From the NCBI GenBank assembly GCA_002104945.1, contig MCFH01000006.1, positions 248,001 to 312,000 on the forward strand: DNA of 64,000 nucleotides, given 5' to 3'. Position numbers and translations under genes: made by a program. Positions 53,801 to 64,000 of this stretch are shown here, in pieces; position 1 is the stretch's first letter; each line of letters starts with the position of its first letter. Origin of the DNA: Piromyces finnis finn (Eukaryota; Fungi; Neocallimastigomycota). A model generated the notes under the pieces. That model was not told the DNA's origin. It searched no databases and worked only from the letters and a program-made list of their open reading frames with translations.

Positions 53801-56500
53801 TTACATTTTATTCATTTTATCTATTTTATACATTGGCATATTATTAGAAAAGAGCTTTTTTTTTTTAATTAAAGTATGCATTTGACAAAATAATAAAATT
53901 TGATTTTTTTTTTATTTTGTTATTTTAAATTAAAAAATTAAAGTTTAATTAAAATTATTAAAATCAAATCATTTTATTTTATCTTTTATTTATCTTGTTA
54001 TTGTTTTTTTTTTTTTTTTTAATTTAAAAATTTAATAAAAATTTTACTTTTTTAAAAGGAAAAAAAAAAAAAAAAAAAAGCCAGAAAGAAATGGCAAAAC
54101 AAAAAGTTTAAAAAAAGTGAATAAAGAGAGTAGTAGAAAAAAGAAAAAGTTTTAAGAAAAAAACAATACTAAATATTATAAACTTTAAAAAGTTTGTATT
54201 GAATTTTAAATTTCATTAATAAATAGTTTAAATATTTATAAATATTGAAAAAAGCATCATTTTAAAAGACTACATTAGATATGAAAATGCAATGCATCTA
54301 AAAAAAAAAAAGTATCATGATGTTGATTTATTTGGTTTATTTCCTTTATCAATTTGAAAAAAAAAATGGAAATATATCTTTTTATAGTTATATTAAAGAA
54401 TGTTTTTTTCAACTCTAATAATATAAATGTTAATATTATTATTATTAAAAAAAAGTATAATTTTTAATAATTTATACTTTTAAAGTTTGTTTTTTTTTTT
54501 AAAAAAAAAAATAAAGTATATTAAGATTTCATGAATTCTATATCTTTTTTTTTTTTAAAGTTTTATTTATTTAGTATTAAAGATACACTTTTATCAGTTT
54601 CTTTTTCATTAAATAATAGTATTATTGTTTGATCATTTTTTATATAGAATAAAAAAAAAGATTAGGGTGTATTGAAATAAATGATATATAGAGTACATTA
54701 TTAGTAATAAAAGTTTATTTTTTATAGTAGAATGAGGTTAGTATGTAATAGTAAAAAGTATTTTAAAGATAAATTTTAAGAAAGAAAGAAAGAAATATCT
54801 TTATAATTTACTATTAAAAAGTTTATAACTCATAATTATAGTTTATATTATAATTATAAAAGATGAATATTACAACGAATAAAGTGATGGGATAACAAAA
54901 AAATTATCATCTAGTATTAATATTAATTTTTATCTTTGAATTATAATAAAAGTAGGTTGTATAGATTACACATAATTTACACATTTATGATTATAATAAA
55001 AAAAAAAAGGCATTTCAATATGGTTTTATAAAATGACTTTTCTATGAATTAAAAAAATTTCTTTTTTTACTTCTTCTTTAAAATCACCACAAAAATTTTT
55101 TAAATTTCTCCTGATTTAAAGTTTAAAATAAATAAATGATATAAATTAAATTTATATTAAATTTAGGTTACATTTTAATTTATTTATATACTAATGATTA
55201 TACTACAATAAATATAATAATAGTAATTTTGATTTAATTTGTGTAACTTTGATGGAAAAAAAGAATATTAAAAAAGAATATTAAAAAAATTGGAATTTTT
55301 TTTTTATTAAAAAAAAAAGATGACTCTTTAAAAAAAGACCTTTTTTTATATAGATATAAAAGAATAGAGTAGGAGGTTAGACCTAAAAATAATAATAATT
55401 ATTATAAGAAATATAAGAAATAGAGAATGAAAAAGAAGGGAATAATTAGAAAAAAATTGATAATATGATTTCTATTTTATAAGGAAAAAAAAAAAGATAT
55501 CTTTCATTTAAAAGGCTAAACTATGAATAGTATTTAATGGATAATGGAGTAAAATCAATTGATTTATTAATTATTATAATTATTTATTCATTTATTAAAT
55601 TTATAAAAAATTTTGTTTTTGTTGTGATAGTTAATTACGGATTTATGCAAAATATAAAGAATCGAGAATAAAAGAAAACAGACAGTATTCATTTTTCATT
55701 TTTATTAAGAAAAAAAAAAGAGAGTTGTCAAAAGATTTTAGTATTCCTTTTATTAACATAATAAAAAAAAAATAATTATTGTTATGATGATAAAAAAGAA
55801 AAAAAATCAAAATTCCTTACCATAAAATATTGCCTAAAAAAAATGATTTATATACAGAGAGTTGAATTTATTATCAAATAATAATAACAAGAATAAAAAA
55901 AAAAAAAAAAGGTTTTTTAAAGAATTCAATTATACTAATCTGAATAATTGAATAGACTTTTTGAATTAATAGGGAATAACTTAGAATTTATGGGGGAATT
56001 GAATACTAATATTTCATTGTTCCTTTTCTTTTAATATTATTTTCAATCCTTTATCCTATTAAAAGTAATAATAATAATATTATTAATAGATAAAGATAAC
56101 AATATACTGTCAAATACAAACCATTAAAGAAAATATTTATAGAAATGTTGTTTATAATAAATGTGGATGATACCACTTTATTTCATGTCGTACAAAAAAA
56201 TAAAGAAATTCTTGTAATCATTAAAGAAATATTTCTTTTTCAAAAAAAATAAAATTTAAATGAACAAAAAAAAAAAAGTATTTAAAGAAGAAATAAATGA
56301 ATAAATTATTATGCATATTAGTTTTATAAACTTTAAAATTATATTTAATATAAATAATATTTATAATATTGTATATAAATACTATTTTGTTTTCTCTTGT
56401 ATATTCAATAGAAATTTCATTCAAAATTAAAAAGTATTAATAGTTGCATTGTTTCTGTTAAATAACATGAAATCTTTACTATTTAGTTTGTTTAATTCAC

Positions 56501-60660
<4,160 letters not shown>

Positions 60661-60898
60661 TTATAGTTTAAAAGCAAAACATTTCGAAAAAAAAGTTTAT
60701 GGAAATAAGGCAAAATGAAAAACCTTTTAATTTTTTAATATAATATATATTATATATACTTAATAGGCATGGTATATTAGTATAAAGATATAGATACATT
60801 TTGTTTTATTTTATCCAATTATCCAATCTTGTTTTTTAAATTGGTAAAACTATATAAAATCTGCTTTAATTACTAGTGTAAAGTCTTAACTTTTTTTG

Positions 60899-61165
60899 AT
60901 GAATTAATAGTTATCCTAGATTCTTGACGATTTTAGTCAGACTTTTTAGCCAAAGGAAATTCAACTTCTGCTATACTTTTAGCCAGGAAATTTTCAAAAA
61001 AAAACGAGTTTTTTGGTAAAAAACTCTCAGGCTTAGTCAGAGTTTCCAAGCAAAAAAACTTTGAAGTCTGGTATAATTCCAGGCAGAAAATTTTAAAAAT
61101 GAGAATTTCTGGTAAAAAATCTGGTATTCTATGATTATAAAAATCTAGGATAAATATTAATTCAT
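60899..61165. mobile_element. MITE-like element, copy B (~267 bp, 24-bp terminal inverted repeats)
   Basis: ATGAATTAATAGTTATCCTAGATT (60899-60922) vs AATCTAGGATAAATATTAATTCAT (61142-61165): 23/24 match. Internal short repeats TTAGTCAGA x2, TTTTAGCCA x2, TGGTAAAAAA x2. No ORF and no clear target-site duplication. Confidence 0.65.
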
Positions 61166-62397
61166 TTTTATCACAATTATCCCATTTTTAGTTTTTTGGT
61201 TTATAGTGTTACTATAAACTATGTTTATAACTATTTTTTTATCATAAGTATATTTTTTAGTAAAAAAAAAAAAGAAAAAGTTGGTAGTGATAAAGATAAA
61301 TACTATTTTTTTTAAGATACTTTAAGTATTAAAATTTATAAAACTTTCAAAATTCATTTTCAAAATGTCATGATCTTTTTGTTTTACAATGTATTTAGTC
61401 TAAAAAATGTTATATAAAGTATGACCAAGATGACCACTATGTTTACTTTCTTTAAACCTTTTTTAAAAAAAAAAAAAAAAAAAAAAAGATTGATATTTGG
61501 TAAAGGATTAACATTGATGACGGTTATAATATATCCTCTTTTGTGATCATTTTGATTTACAGTACTATGATACAATAATTCTATAATAGAATTAAAAATA
61601 GTCCTAATCGATAAGAAATAGACTTCACAATAATATAAAGTATAATTCATTTTAAAAAAAATGTTAAAAGATTTTATAAGAAAAAAAAATTTTTTTTATT
61701 AATTTTTATCATAATAAAATATTTATAATAAAAGTTCTTTCTAAACATTTTATTATGGTGGTATTAGTAATATATTTATATTTTAACAGCTTCAACCGTT
61801 CATTGATTTATTCTTTATTGGAAATAATTGGAGAGAATATAAAAAATATAAAATTTAATTATAAACTATTTTTTTTTATTTTTAATAACATAAGAGCTAT
61901 ATTTATTAATTTCTTTTGTATATGAATCTATTTCTAAGTGATATATTTTATTCTTAAAAAAAAACACCTTAAATAGGGAAAATAATATGTAAAATAATAG
62001 AATAAATAAATCAAAGTAGTTATATACATATTATAAATATTGATGTGGGTTGAGTACTCTAAGAAAGACTATAACCAATCAATTTCCCTCCTCCTCTATA
62101 TAGAGTGTATATGTGAGTGTTTTTTTTTTTTTTAAGGCTTTATCAAATTAGAAAATACTTTTATAAAAAAAAAATATTGTTATACTATTTAACTATTTAG
62201 TCTATTTCATTTAATTTCTTTAAAAAATTCAAAAGCATATATATACAAAGCAAAATTGGGATCTTCTTAGCAAAAAATGTCTTGTTTATTTATTATAATA
62301 ATTATCTTTTTTACAAATTTTAATTGGACAAGGGAATTTCAAAAATTATTAAATTTAAAACAATTAGGTGTTTAGCTCTTTTTTTATATAAAGTCCT

Positions 62398-62473
62398 ATT
62401 CCTACAATCATTCCTACGGTCATTCCTATAATAGTATAATAGGAATAAACAATTATTTGGAGCAAATAGGAAT
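62398..62473. repeat. Cluster of five ATTCCTA/TAGGAAT heptamers
   Basis: ATTCCTA at 62398, 62410 and 62422 (exact 12-bp spacing), with inverted TAGGAAT at 62440 and 62467. Confidence 0.6.
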
Positions 62474-63102
62474 AACAAATTAAACTATTTTCACATCAAA
62501 CTTTTTAAAAAAAAAAAAATAGAGTTTTCAGAAATATATGAAATGTTTAAAAAAGTGTGTGATGTGTTCGTTATTAAAAATTATAGGATGACCTTTTTTT
62601 TAAAAAATAAAAATATTACTATTAATAATATATAATATATTTATTTAAAAAAAAAAAAAACTTTTTTATAACTTAATAATAATGACTTGTTTATATAATT
62701 AATTATATACAATATATACAGTTTAGTTGATAGGATAACTACTAATTCTAATAAATAATTTTCACACTTTTAATGAGTAATAATATAGATAATAATAATA
62801 ACAATAATTATAGTAATATAATATTTTTTGTAATAAGTAGATATATATTTTTTTAAAAAAAAAAAAAGTTCTATTATAATGAGCATGAATGATTGCTTAT
62901 TTAAGTAATGAATAAATAACAAATATTTAATTTTCTTTTTTTTTTTTAAATATTTAGAATGAAAAGAGAGGGGGGAAAGTATATATTATTATTGAAAGTT
63001 TTATTATTTTTTTTTTTAATATACAAAATACAAAAAAAATATTATTTACATAAAAAAAAAAAAAGATTAAACAAATAAAAAGCTAATTCCATATTATACC
63101 TT

Positions 63103-63138
<36 letters not shown>

Positions 63139-64000
63139 CATATTAAAATATTTAAATTGGTATAATCTCTTCTTTTTAAATAAAAGTCATTTAAAAAAAA
63201 AAAACTATTATTTTTAATATACATAAAATTACTTATTTTATGTTATTATGGTTATTTGTTGTTATTTTTATCTATATTTCTATTGTCTAAAAAATCAATT
63301 CATTACTTTTAAAATTTACGAAATGTATTATAATTATAATTTTTTTTAAACTCTATTAATATTAAAAAAAAAAAAAAAAAAGTTATCGATAATAATTTAT
63401 AAATTTTATTTACAATCCTCACTTTGACAATAAAAAATTATTCATAACTCTTCTTTTTTTTCATTGTACTCCCATTTTCTTTCATCTTGTTTCTTGATTT
63501 TATGTCATATAATTCTTTAGCATTTTGGTTAGGATCACAAAACAAAAAATAAAATAAAAAATCAATATAGTTTTTTGATATTTATATATCAAATAAAAAT
63601 GATGAAACCTTTCTTTCCTTTTTTTTTTTTTTTTTTATTTAAACAATAATACAATACAACCAATTTTACATATATATTAATAATCATTATTATTAATAAT
63701 TCAGTTGTAATGGTTAGTTTTATAGATCAATCAAATAAATTATAATTTTAAATTTCTTTAAATCCTAACCTTTTATAATATAAAAATAAAAAAAAACAAA
63801 GCATATTGCTATCATTAAAATACTTTATTATTATAATAAAAATAAATATTAAATATTAATGTTTTATTGTATACTTGTAACTCTGCTTTTTTTTTTTACT
63901 TTTATTTAGTTATCAAAAAAAAAAAATAAATAAACAACTTATAAACCACGAATTAATACAAAATAAAGTCAAAGTTTTAAAAATATTTTTTTTTCTTACT

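Noticed and set aside
63420-63545. Short minus-strand frame FCDPNQNAKELYDIK, reminiscent of retrotransposon gag
   Set aside because: Too short, with no LTR, PBS or pol sequence nearby.

Overview
Extremely AT-rich, intron-rich eukaryotic DNA. Homopolymer tracts, (AAT/ATT)n microsatellites and fungal-type housekeeping genes point, by inference, to an anaerobic gut fungus (Neocallimastigomycota-like). I reconstructed eight protein-coding genes by hand: a signal-peptide/LRR/single-TM receptor-like protein (runs off the left edge), adenosine kinase, the spliceosomal SF3B6/p14 protein, NOC4, a homeodomain + AT-hook transcription factor, serine palmitoyltransferase LCB1, the ER-fusion GTPase SEY1, and an intronless 1614-aa disordered protein with four [S/G]RFxV motifs. 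The most notable non-coding signal is a ~270-nt GC-enriched, highly base-paired island at 14.40-14.67 kb (minus strand favoured by G-U pairs). Its 3' end forms a three-way junction resembling telomerase RNA CR4/5, but I see no TTAGGG template. Two long stretches without recognisable genes (18.4-30.1 kb and 49.7-64 kb) hold minisatellites, two foldback/MITE-like elements sharing an inverted-repeat core, and a 4.1-kb (ATT)n-derived satellite with higher-order repeats. Most short ORFs in the supplied track, including the 1366-aa poly-Ile ORF, are artefacts of low complexity.
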